This document shows, one piece after another, positions 17,348 through 26,104 of a stretch of DNA of 53,432 nucleotides (position 1 is its first letter; each line of letters begins with the position of its first letter). The translations under genes and the position numbers were made by a program. Source of the stretch: an uncultured Clostridia bacterium (GTDB lineage: Bacteria; Bacillota; Clostridia; Christensenellales; CAG-138); the NCBI GenBank assembly GCA_937894955.1, contig CALAXO010000070.1, positions 1 through 53,432 of the forward strand. Direction: 5' to 3'. A model generated the notes under the pieces. The model made no database searches. It saw only the letters and a program-made list of their open reading frames with translations, and had not been told where the DNA came from.

Positions 17348-17920
17348 ATGGAAAGACATATCACCCTGCCGTTAACGCGTGAGGAAGCGCGTACGATTAA
17401 AAGCGGCGAACAGCTCCTGCTGTCCGGCGTTATATACACCGCGAGGGATGCGGCGCACAAACGGCTTTGCGAACTTGTTGAAAACGGAGAGCCGCTCCCC
17501 TTTGATATTAAAAACGCAACGATTTATTACGTCGGCCCCACTCCCGCAAAGCCCGGACAGGTCATAGGTTCGGCAGGCCCGACAACAAGCTACCGCATGG
17601 ATGCGTATTCGCCGACGCTTATCCGCGAGGGCGAAACGGGCATGATCGGCAAAGGCAAGCGGGATGCGGAGGTCATCGATGCAATGAAAAAATACGGTGC
17701 GGTCTATTTCGCCGCAATCGGAGGCGCAGGCGCGCTGCTTTCAAGCTGCATCAAAAAGGCGGAGATAATTGCATATGAAGATCTCGGCGCAGAGGCTCTC
17801 AGAAGGCTTGAGGTCGAAAACTTCCCCGTGGTTGCGGTTATAGACAGCGAGGGAAACAACCTTTACGAAAAAGGCCGCAGAGAGTATCTTGAGACCGTTG
17901 GTGCAAAAGGAAATGCATAA
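17348..17920 (+). CDS. Fe-S hydro-lyase beta subunit (class I fumarate hydratase / tartrate dehydratase C-terminal type)
   Basis: GGGAGG RBS. SGVIYTARDAAHKRL...YYVGPTPAKPG...GPTTSYRMD...MIGKGKR is typical of the beta subunit. Confidence 0.88.
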   Translation: MERHITLPLTREEARTIKSGEQLLLSGVIYTARDAAHKRLCELVENGEPLPFDIKNATIYYVGPTPAKPGQVIGSAGPTTSYRMDAYSPTLIREGETGMIGKGKRDAEVIDAMKKYGAVYFAAIGGAGALLSSCIKKAEIIAYEDLGAEALRRLEVENFPVVAVIDSEGNNLYEKGRREYLETVGAKGNA

Positions 17921-18039
17921 TTCGTTCGGCTGCGCCGTATCGGCACAAGAACGATAAAAAACTTTTTTAAAACAGCCGGAACATCATCCGCCCCGAAAAT
18001 GCAGGGCGGCGGGTTTGGTTCCGGCTTTTCCGCATGGTG

Positions 18040-18363
18040 TCATTCAAGCGGACGATCGTCTTTTTGTTCAATCCCCATTCGTCGCTTTGCCGCGACAAGG
18101 TCATCGATAATAACACGGATATGTGACAATTCCTCCGTGCTCAGCCCGTCAACGATTATGGATGTTCGATTGTCCAGTCCGAGCAGAAAATCCGTTGATA
18201 CGGAGAAGAAATCCGCAATTTTCATAAGCATTTCGATCGAGGGCTGGATGTTTCCGTTTTCCCAGTTTGAAATGCTCTGTTTGGATACATTAAGTTTTTC
18301 TCCGAGTTCAACCTGGCTGATGCCGCGAACGCTGCGCAGCAGCCTTATGTTATCACCCAACAT
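18040..18363 (-). CDS. XRE-family HTH transcriptional regulator
   Basis: GAAGGGAG RBS before the ATG at 18363. MLGDNIRLLRSVRGISQVELGEKLNVSKQSISNWENGNIQPSIEMLMKIADFFSVSTDFLLG is a Cro/C1-type HTH. Confidence 0.8.
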   Translation of the reverse strand: MLGDNIRLLRSVRGISQVELGEKLNVSKQSISNWENGNIQPSIEMLMKIADFFSVSTDFLLGLDNRTSIIVDGLSTEELSHIRVIIDDLVAAKRRMGIEQKDDRPLE

Positions 18364-18848
18364 GGCATGCAGTCTCCCTTCTTTGCTTTTTTGTTGTGCA
18401 ATTGTATTTTGATACGGATTCACGCGCCGTATACGGCAGGGCTGCACACCGACTTCGGATTTTACCGTAAGAAGGTTTACTGTCTCCTGAATACAACCGC
18501 AGCCGATGGTACAATTTTAAGGTCAATATTTCCAATGCATAAATACTATGATATTGTATTAGTGGACAACGGACAACTTCGCTCAAAGTGATGAAAAAAA
18601 GGTACAGATAAAGGCAGTGTCTGCATAATTTCGCCGAACGGAGAAAATTTTGCTCCGGCGGCGTTTCGTTGTCAAATTTGCATTCAAAAACGAATAGATT
18701 TTATATTGAACCGCGTTTGCGGCATTTGGGTTCACGCAGCCGGGGAATTATGTTATAATACGCGGAATTGCTGCGATTTTTTTTAATACATATGCGCACC
18801 GCTTTGCAGCGGGAATGCACTGCATGCCGCCTGGAAGGAAATAAAACA

Positions 18849-19640
18849 ATGAGCAATATGACAAAAGTCATCATAGGCATAGTTCTGCCGTTTCTCGGAA
18901 CAACGCTCGGTTCCGCAACAGTCTTCTTTCTGAAGAAAGAAATGAATTCAAAGCTTCAAAACCTTCTGCGCGGTTTTGCGGCGGGCGTTATGATCGCCGC
19001 TTCGGTATGGTCGCTGCTGATTCCGTCAATAGACATGGCGGAGGCTGCGGGCAAAACTGCGGCATGGCTGCCCGCCGTTGTCGGTTTTCTTATCGGCATC
19101 GGATTCATGCTGCTGTTGGACAGCCTGATTCCGCATCTGCATACGGATTCCGCCCGCCCGGAAGGCCGCCCCTCCGCAATGGGAAAAAAACTTATGCTGA
19201 TGTTCGCCGTAACGCTGCATAACATTCCGGAAGGCATGGCCGTCGGCATTGTCCTTGCGGGTATGCTTAACGGAAACAATGCAATAAGCGCTTCGGGCGC
19301 AATAGCTCTCGCTGTCGGCATTGCAATTCAAAATTTTCCGGAAGGCGCAATAATTTCAGCCCCCCTCGCCGCAAGCGGAACCCCGAAAGGCAAAGCCTTT
19401 GCCTGCGGAACTCTCTCCGGCGCTGCCGAGCCGGTCGGCGCAATACTGACCATCCTCGTAACCTCTCTCGTAACACCCGTGCTGCCCTATATTCTCGCTT
19501 TCGCCGCCGGCGCAATGATCTATGTCGTAGTCGAAGAACTCATCCCCGAGTCCCGGTCCGATGAACACAGCAATGTCGGCACCGTCGGTGCCGCCGTCGG
19601 GTTCGCACTGATGATGCTGCTCGATGTCGCCTTGGGGTGA
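18849..19640 (+). CDS. ZIP-family (ZupT-like) divalent metal transporter
   Basis: Start at MSNMTKVIIG with a GGAAGGAA RBS. HNIPEGMAVG and IQNFPEGAI are the ZIP signature helices. Confidence 0.85.
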   Translation: MSNMTKVIIGIVLPFLGTTLGSATVFFLKKEMNSKLQNLLRGFAAGVMIAASVWSLLIPSIDMAEAAGKTAAWLPAVVGFLIGIGFMLLLDSLIPHLHTDSARPEGRPSAMGKKLMLMFAVTLHNIPEGMAVGIVLAGMLNGNNAISASGAIALAVGIAIQNFPEGAIISAPLAASGTPKGKAFACGTLSGAAEPVGAILTILVTSLVTPVLPYILAFAAGAMIYVVVEELIPESRSDEHSNVGTVGAAVGFALMMLLDVALG

Positions 19641-19779
19641 GGAAAGCAGCTGTTTTGATGCAGAACATATTGAGTAATGCGGCCTTGCGAAAACAAAGAC
19701 GGAATCCGCATTGAACCCTCCGCAGTCCGACAATCGACGGGCTGCGGACATTAATTTAGAAATATATTTTTAACAACAT

Positions 19780-19807
19780 TTGAATTTTCACCTTTTTTTG
19801 TTATAAT
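19780..19807 (+). promoter_or_regulatory. Promoter with extended -10 (TTGAAT, 16 bp, TGtTATAAT) for the TIR-STAND gene
   Basis: TTGAAT at 19780-19785, TG at 19799-19800 and TATAAT at 19802-19807, about 90 nt upstream of the ATG at 19900. Confidence 0.5.
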
Positions 19808-19899
19808 ACAACTGTATTTAAACAGTGCGTGCGCACTTTGTCAACAGTTTGATAATCCACGAATAATTACTTACGGCATAAACGAGAGGAGATTTCAAT

Positions 19900-22764
19900 A
19901 TGAAATGCATAAACTGTGGTTCGGAAGATGTCATTTATCGAAAATTTCATCACATATGGGAATGTCAGGTTTGCGGCGAATCATTTGATTCCGATGAACG
20001 TGAAAAAATGACGGAGGAAATTAATGTTTTCTTCAGCTATGCGCATGACGATGAGAGTTTCGAAAACGGTGCAGTCGTTGTTGACAGGCTGAAACAGCTC
20101 ATTGAGGAAAAATCAGGCGGAAAAATCAAAATCTGGCTGGATACCTATTCCATTCCGAGGAATAAGGATTGGCGCGAACTCATAACAGGCGGCATTGTCG
20201 AAAGCGATCGTTTTGTGGGTTTCATGTCTCGAAAGGCGTTGCGCGACCCCGGTGTTTGCAGAGATGAACTCGGAATTGCCGTCGGCAGCCGCTGCGGGAT
20301 CATAAGCTGCGTTTTGCTTGAAGGCGAACGCACACTGAACCCTCCCGCAGAGTTTACCGAGCGGCAGTGGATCGACCTTTCGGATTGGAAAAAGAAGCGG
20401 GATGAAGGCGAAGCGGAATTCGAACGCTTTCTGAACGATGCTGCGGACGAATTGATTGGCATTTTGAAAGATCCGGAAACGCTGCGCTTCAATCACGAAG
20501 TGAAAAAACTGAAGGAATCCCTCGGAATTTCCGCCGTTGACGAAATGACCCGCATTGACGAATTGCTGAAGTTCAAAATGACGGGGCGCGGTTGGCTTGA
20601 GAGCAAAATCAACACTTGGCTGAACGACAAAAACGGTTCACGCGTTATGACCCTTTATGCCGACCCGGGCGCGGGCAAATCACTTTTTTCGGCACATTTC
20701 CAATTTGCAAACCCGAACGTCATCGCTGCACTTGCCTGCGACAGCCGAAGCGAGGAATACAGCCAAACGGACAAAATCACCGATCGCCTTGCCTACCTTA
20801 TCGCCCTTAGACTGCCGGACTATCGCCGGCAGCTGATGTATATTTTGACAGATAAAAGCACATTGACCAAAACGGGACACGACAGGTTTAACACCCTTAT
20901 CGCAACCCCGCTCAGCAGGGTTATAGACGGTGAACGCTCTGCAAAGCTCATCATCATTGACGGATTGGACGAAGCAAAGAGCGGTGCGCTCGCCGGGTTC
21001 ATCCGCAGCTATCATGACAAGTTGAAACCTTATATCCGCATACTTATCACCGCAAGACCCGAACGCATGCTCAGGCGGCAGCTGGCGCCTTCCGCCGAAT
21101 TCAGCTGCACGGAGCTGAATCTTGACGATTATGCCGAAATGAACGATGCCGATATCCGTCAATACTATGAAGAAAACCTCGAAGACCTGCTGAAGGACCG
21201 TCCCGGCCGCGATATTTTCATGAACCGCCTTGTTGAAGCAAGCAGCGGGATCTTCTACTATGCCTTCACGATCCTGCCGCAGCTGCGCGAGTCGCTCGAA
21301 AACGGGGAGCCGCTCGAAGGCATGACCTTCCCGAAGGGGCTCAACGCCTTGCTGCTCAAAACCTTCCTGCGAAAATTCGGGGAACCGGATGCTTCCGGCA
21401 GTGTCGAAAAATACAATGCGTTCGTGCGCGAGCCGCTTTCAATGGTCGCCGCCTCCCCCTATGCCCTCCCGCTCAAAACGCTGCAAAAGATGCAGGGCTG
21501 GACGAACGCCCGGCTGGAGGATTTTCTGCGCCCGCTGGAGACGATGCTCGACCTCAGCGGCGGCTTCATCCGCCTTTTCCACAAATCCTTCACGGATTGG
21601 CTGAACGACGGCGAGGCTTCCGCTGCGTTCTATGCGCCGCAGGAGGATGGCATACGGAGCCTTGCCGCCGCCTGCTTCAAAGCCTTTGAACAGGGCGCGG
21701 ACGAAATGGATACATATGAGCTTGCAAATGCTTCACGCCTGCTGCGCAGTGCGGGAATGAAGAAGGAATACGAACAGCTCACGGATTCTTCGGAATACAC
21801 CTCCGCACTGAAAAAACTCGCAAAAGCCTGTGCGGACGACCGGCAGCATGAAAGAGCGGCGGAGCTCTGTCTTGAATATGCGCGAATATTTAAGGAGAAA
21901 TGCGAAAAAAGCGGTGATCCGGAGCAGGCGCACGAAGCCGTTTGGGGCAATATTTATGCCTGTGATGCGCTGGGGGACATGCTTGATTATTCTGCGGCGG
22001 AGGTCGCTGCAAATGCAGCGCTGAAAATTGCGGAAGAGTTTGCGGAAAAGTACCCGGATGACCCGCAAATGCAGCGCGGCCTGAGCATTTCGTATAATAA
22101 ACTCGGCGATATTGCGAAAGCCTTGAACGATTATAATGCGGCGGAAGGGTATTATGCAAAGGCGCTTGCAATCAGCAAAAGGCTTGCGGAAAAGTACCCG
22201 GATGACCCGCAAATGCAGCGCGACCTGAGCAATTCGTATAACAGACTCGGCGATATTGCGGAAGCACGGAATGATTATAACGCTGCGGAAGTGTATTATT
22301 CAAAGGATCTTGAAATCAGGGAAAGGCTTGCGGAAAACTTTCCGGGAGTTCCGATGCTGAAGGACGATCTTGCCGTTTCTCTTTTCAAGTGCGGGACATG
22401 CAGCGCGGACGGAAAGCTTTCGCCCGAACAAAAAGCGATGCTGCGCAGCGCTGCCGCGATTTGGGAGGAGCTTTACAAACAAACGGGATATGTATTGTAT
22501 GCGGAAAGAAGAGAGCTTGCTCAAAACCGATTAAATCAATGCAGTGAAGAAGGAGGAGAGAATACGGAACAGAAGAAACCCGGATTTTTTGCACGGCTGC
22601 GTGAGGAAATCAGAGCGTATCGCAAGATGAGAAGGCTGATCAGATTGCTTAAAAGCACAGATAAAGCCGTCAAAGAAATGGAAAAAACGCGGCGTGAGAC
22701 GGAGAGAATCCTTGCAAAATCGGATGAGTTGAAGCCGTGCGGCGAAACGGACGACGAAGAATAA
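19900..22764 (+). CDS. Zinc-ribbon - TIR - STAND (NACHT/NB-ARC-like P-loop NTPase) - TPR protein, antiphage-type sensor/effector architecture
   Basis: CINCGS...CQVCGE zinc ribbon. TIR block VFFSYAHDD...WLDTYSIPRNKDW...VCRDELGIAV. Walker A LYADPGAGKS and Walker B KLIIIDGLDEA. C-terminal 48-aa TPR units (AEKYPDDPQMQR.LS.SYN.LGDIA...YNAAE.YY). Confidence 0.85.
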   Translation: MKCINCGSEDVIYRKFHHIWECQVCGESFDSDEREKMTEEINVFFSYAHDDESFENGAVVVDRLKQLIEEKSGGKIKIWLDTYSIPRNKDWRELITGGIVESDRFVGFMSRKALRDPGVCRDELGIAVGSRCGIISCVLLEGERTLNPPAEFTERQWIDLSDWKKKRDEGEAEFERFLNDAADELIGILKDPETLRFNHEVKKLKESLGISAVDEMTRIDELLKFKMTGRGWLESKINTWLNDKNGSRVMTLYADPGAGKSLFSAHFQFANPNVIAALACDSRSEEYSQTDKITDRLAYLIALRLPDYRRQLMYILTDKSTLTKTGHDRFNTLIATPLSRVIDGERSAKLIIIDGLDEAKSGALAGFIRSYHDKLKPYIRILITARPERMLRRQLAPSAEFSCTELNLDDYAEMNDADIRQYYEENLEDLLKDRPGRDIFMNRLVEASSGIFYYAFTILPQLRESLENGEPLEGMTFPKGLNALLLKTFLRKFGEPDASGSVEKYNAFVREPLSMVAASPYALPLKTLQKMQGWTNARLEDFLRPLETMLDLSGGFIRLFHKSFTDWLNDGEASAAFYAPQEDGIRSLAAACFKAFEQGADEMDTYELANASRLLRSAGMKKEYEQLTDSSEYTSALKKLAKACADDRQHERAAELCLEYARIFKEKCEKSGDPEQAHEAVWGNIYACDALGDMLDYSAAEVAANAALKIAEEFAEKYPDDPQMQRGLSISYNKLGDIAKALNDYNAAEGYYAKALAISKRLAEKYPDDPQMQRDLSNSYNRLGDIAEARNDYNAAEVYYSKDLEIRERLAENFPGVPMLKDDLAVSLFKCGTCSADGKLSPEQKAMLRSAAAIWEELYKQTGYVLYAERRELAQNRLNQCSEEGGENTEQKKPGFFARLREEIRAYRKMRRLIRLLKSTDKAVKEMEKTRRETERILAKSDELKPCGETDDEE

Positions 22765-22804
22765 GCCGAATTTGACCCGCGGGGAACAAGAGCGGGGGAA
22801 GAAA

Positions 22805-22835
22805 CGCTTCCGGAGGGGTGCACTCTCCGGAAGCG
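22805..22835 (+). terminator. Hairpin after the TIR-STAND gene (possible terminator, no strong T-tract)
   Basis: Stem CGCTTCCGGAG (22805-22815) / CTCCGGAAGCG (22825-22835). Confidence 0.35.
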
Positions 22836-22857
22836 CAATTCATCAGTCACAAAACAA

Positions 22858-22886
22858 TTGACAAATGTTGGCGAATGCTGTATACT
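22858..22886 (+). promoter_or_regulatory. Sigma-A promoter (TTGACA, 17 bp, TATACT) heading the vWA/tubulin-like cluster
   Basis: TTGACA at 22858-22863 and TATACT at 22881-22886, followed by a leader of about 170 nt before the ATG at 23062. Confidence 0.55.
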
Positions 22887-23061
22887 GTGAACGAAGATGC
22901 AGATATACTGTCACATAATCTTCACAAATCAACAAAAAAGTATTGCTGTTTGACCCTTTGGGGATTGCTTTTCGGCGGAACGCGCCGAGGTGAATTCATC
23001 ATTTTAATCCTTTGGAGCAGGGGAATGCCCTGCCGAGATTTTATGCAAAGGAGAACATACC

Positions 23062-23334
23062 ATGCACGATAACACGGGAAACGCACGGAGAGTGTTTAAC
23101 AAGTTTTGCGGCGCACTTGACAAATGCGGCATTTCCTGTCAAAGGGATGACGAAGAATTGAGCGTTTCATGCCGATTCAAGGGCAATGATCTTGTGATTC
23201 CCGCAACAATTGATTTTTTAAAAGACTTTGAGCTTATGGTGATCCACTCGCAATTGCCCTGCATTGTTCCCGTTGAAAGAAGGGTTGAGTTCGCGCCGGC
23301 TGTTGCGGCTGTGAACTCATTGTTTGGAAGTTGA
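23062..23334 (+). CDS. Small YbjN-like (chaperone-fold-like) protein, possibly truncated by an in-frame TGA
   Basis: AAAGGAG RBS, 90 aa. Resemblance to YbjN is by eye only (CRFKGNDLVIPATIDF...LMVIHSQLP...ERRVEFAPAVAAVN). An in-frame 26-codon ORF follows directly after the TGA. Confidence 0.4.
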   Translation: MHDNTGNARRVFNKFCGALDKCGISCQRDDEELSVSCRFKGNDLVIPATIDFLKDFELMVIHSQLPCIVPVERRVEFAPAVAAVNSLFGS

Positions 23335-23472
23335 ATGGTTAACGAAAAACTGTTTGCTCTTGCCAAGGGCATTGTGAATATTACAGCGTTTGTCAAATTG
23401 CCGGATGAAGAGTAACAAATAAAACAAGTTGTGCAGCGCCTGGCGCTGCGAAGGAAGACTTTCGGAGGAAGA

Positions 23473-26088
23473 ATGATAAAAAGGATAGTATCATTATTGA
23501 CGGCGGCTTTACTGATCTGCGGCATTTTATTCGGCGTCGCAGCATCGGTCGTTTTTGCGGAGTCGCTTTATGTTCGAAAAATCGTTTCGGTTGTTTACGA
23601 TGATTCCGCAAGCATGGGCGGTCAAGACTGGGCTTATGCAAATTATGCCATGCAGACCTTCTGCGGCATGATGAACAGCGAGGATCAGCTTTTTATCACA
23701 TATATGAGCGGGGTTCTGTACAACCCGCTGTACAAGCCCTACAGTGCGGATCTGTCCTCCGGAGGCATTCAGGGCTCCGTGGATTCCATACGCAGCCACC
23801 AGGACAGCGGCTCTACCCCGTATGATGCCGTTGACACAGCGATGCACAAGCTCGAAAAAACGAAGGATTCGAATCCGAACACACAGTATTGGCTTGTTAT
23901 TATTACCGATGGCTATTTTAACGAGATGAACGGCATGTATGAAGACCGGGCAGTGAATATGCTTGATACCAATCTTGCCGATTTTACAAAGAAGACAATG
24001 CCGAACGGCACGAACCCGCAGGTGACTTTTCTCAGCATCGGTGACGGAGCTGTTTCTCCGACAGAAAAGACGGACAAGGGCATATTTACATATCACGCAG
24101 AGGATGCGGAAGGAATAATGACGACTATGTCCGCAATGGCGGACAGAATCTCCGGAAGAACACGTCTTTCAAGCAGTGATATAACTCAAGTTAACGATAC
24201 AACCATTCGGGTTGAGTCTGCAATACCGCTGCTGAACATTGTTATGCTCCTTCAACAGACGGATGCAAAGCCTGTAAAAACCGTGATGAACAACGAGCTG
24301 TCCGCCGACGTGAGCAGGGAAGTTCGAGTCAGTTTCCCGGACTGCAGCAACCTTCACGGCGGAATTTTCATGATCGGAGATTCAGCCAAAACGATGCCTG
24401 CCGGCACATATGAAATTACATTTGATGAAAAGGTGAATGTTGACGATCTGGTTATTCTGTTCGAACCCGCACTTGAAATTCGAATGAGAGTTTTTGTGAA
24501 CGGACGTGAGATTACGGATTACAGCGAGCTTGACAATCTTTCGGAGGGCGATGAAATAACGATTTCGTGCAGGATCTATGAAATGGGAACGGATAACGAG
24601 ATCGATTCATCACTGCTGCCGCCGGACACAAGCTACCGAATCAGCATTGCCGAAGACGGCACGGTGAAGGCGGAGTCGACCGACTCGACCATGACTATTG
24701 ACAAATACAAACTCGGAAAAAGTGACACCGAACTCACAGCAACGATAAGCATTCCCGGATTTAACCCGATAAAGTTGAACTTTGAATTTACGCCTGCCGA
24801 ACCGGACGGAAGCTTTACTCTGTCTGCAGATTACGGCGGAACGGCTCAAAGCGTGAGACTGAACGAGATTTTCAGCAATAAGGATCTGTCAATTGTGTTT
24901 ACAATTTACGAGGACGGTGTTCAGGTCACCGATCCTGGGAGGATTAAAAAGCTGAATCCGGTTATTGACGTTTCGCCCGCCGGAAACAGCGGCACGATTG
25001 AGTACCTTAACGACGGAAGAATCAAATTCACGCCGAATAATGCAAATGTTGAGCCAAATGCGGAAGGAAGCATGGATGTTACGGTAACCTGCACACTGAA
25101 AACAGGTGCGGCAGCAGCCCACATGTATACGGTTGTGATTTCGGATTATAAGGTAATTGCGATTCCGCAAACGGAAAGCATTATTAAAACAGAATTCTTC
25201 GGAAATCAGATCGGCGCATCATTTTATATCACCAAGGACGGACAGCGCCTTCCGAAAACCGAAGTTGACGGCAAATGCAGCGTGACTGTGGATAAGCGGT
25301 TCAAATCGATTGAGCTTTCCGTTTCAACGGAAGCGGATGGAACAATTGTCTGCATTCCGACGGAGAATGCAGCTATGGATATAGGCTTTGCCGATTGGTG
25401 GATTTACTGGGTAAAATACCTGTTCAAACTTCCGCACGGAACGATGAATATTCACCTTTCATCTCCGTGGGGAGAAGCGGATTCCGAAATTGCAATAAAG
25501 GATGCTCCGCTGAAGTTCCGCCTGCTGAATGTTTATTTGCCGCTTCTTATTGAAACTGCGGCCGCAGCGACACTGACGACGTGGGTTATCCTTGTCGCGA
25601 CAAAACCGCGTTTCGCAAAGAAAGCACAGCTGTATGTGGGGGATGTGATTTACATAAACAGCAGCGGCTCCCACCGAATTCAAAATTTTAAATCGATAAA
25701 ATTGAAAAAGTACAATAGATTAAAGTACTTGTGGAAATTCAAGAGGAAAGCCGAGGTTATTAAGGTTTTGGGTGTGGCATTCCGCGCGGATTACGGAAAC
25801 ATAATAAGCTGCGAAATGATGATGCCGTGGTACAAATGCGAAATCAAGCCGGAAGACTGCACTGTTCAGGTTCCTGATGCGGATTCATTAAAAGACTACA
25901 TTGCAAGATATCACTATATTATGGTGGAGGAATTGTCGATGTTGACAAAGGTGATGGACCCGAGTGCAAAACGATTGGCAGCATCAGTCAACAGGTATCC
26001 AAGGTACTTGGTGATTCCGACGCAGGTAAGCAAGATTGACGAAGTCGAAAGAATAGTTAAGGCAAAGATAATTCTTTATACAAATTAA
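23473..26088 (+). CDS. Membrane-anchored von Willebrand factor A (vWA) domain protein
   Basis: GGAGG RBS and N-terminal signal/anchor (IVSLLTAALLICGILFGVAASVVFA). MIDAS DxSxS (VVYDDSASMGG), a GSTPY Thr and WLVIITDGYF. A long beta-rich region, one late TM (LLIETAAAATLTTWVILVATKP) and a tail of about 170 aa. Confidence 0.85.
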   Translation: MIKRIVSLLTAALLICGILFGVAASVVFAESLYVRKIVSVVYDDSASMGGQDWAYANYAMQTFCGMMNSEDQLFITYMSGVLYNPLYKPYSADLSSGGIQGSVDSIRSHQDSGSTPYDAVDTAMHKLEKTKDSNPNTQYWLVIITDGYFNEMNGMYEDRAVNMLDTNLADFTKKTMPNGTNPQVTFLSIGDGAVSPTEKTDKGIFTYHAEDAEGIMTTMSAMADRISGRTRLSSSDITQVNDTTIRVESAIPLLNIVMLLQQTDAKPVKTVMNNELSADVSREVRVSFPDCSNLHGGIFMIGDSAKTMPAGTYEITFDEKVNVDDLVILFEPALEIRMRVFVNGREITDYSELDNLSEGDEITISCRIYEMGTDNEIDSSLLPPDTSYRISIAEDGTVKAESTDSTMTIDKYKLGKSDTELTATISIPGFNPIKLNFEFTPAEPDGSFTLSADYGGTAQSVRLNEIFSNKDLSIVFTIYEDGVQVTDPGRIKKLNPVIDVSPAGNSGTIEYLNDGRIKFTPNNANVEPNAEGSMDVTVTCTLKTGAAAAHMYTVVISDYKVIAIPQTESIIKTEFFGNQIGASFYITKDGQRLPKTEVDGKCSVTVDKRFKSIELSVSTEADGTIVCIPTENAAMDIGFADWWIYWVKYLFKLPHGTMNIHLSSPWGEADSEIAIKDAPLKFRLLNVYLPLLIETAAAATLTTWVILVATKPRFAKKAQLYVGDVIYINSSGSHRIQNFKSIKLKKYNRLKYLWKFKRKAEVIKVLGVAFRADYGNIISCEMMMPWYKCEIKPEDCTVQVPDADSLKDYIARYHYIMVEELSMLTKVMDPSAKRLAASVNRYPRYLVIPTQVSKIDEVERIVKAKIILYTN

Positions 26089-26104
26089 ACCGGGAGGAAA
26101 CAAA

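Noticed and set aside
18760-18848. Possible metal riboswitch or attenuator upstream of the ZIP transporter (CGCGGAATTGCTGCG followed by a T8 run, then GCGCACCGCTTTGCAGCGGGAATGCACTGCATGC)
   Set aside because: There is no match to the czcD/NiCo or yybP-ykoY consensus as far as I can recall, and the stems are short and imperfect.
19641-19899. Searched for a direct repeat of the tRNA-Arg 3' half (attL-like) at the left border of the island
   Set aside because: No convincing match was found by eye. Only unrelated hairpins (AATGCGG...TCCGCATT and CCGCAG...CTGCGG) are present, so no att site is reported.
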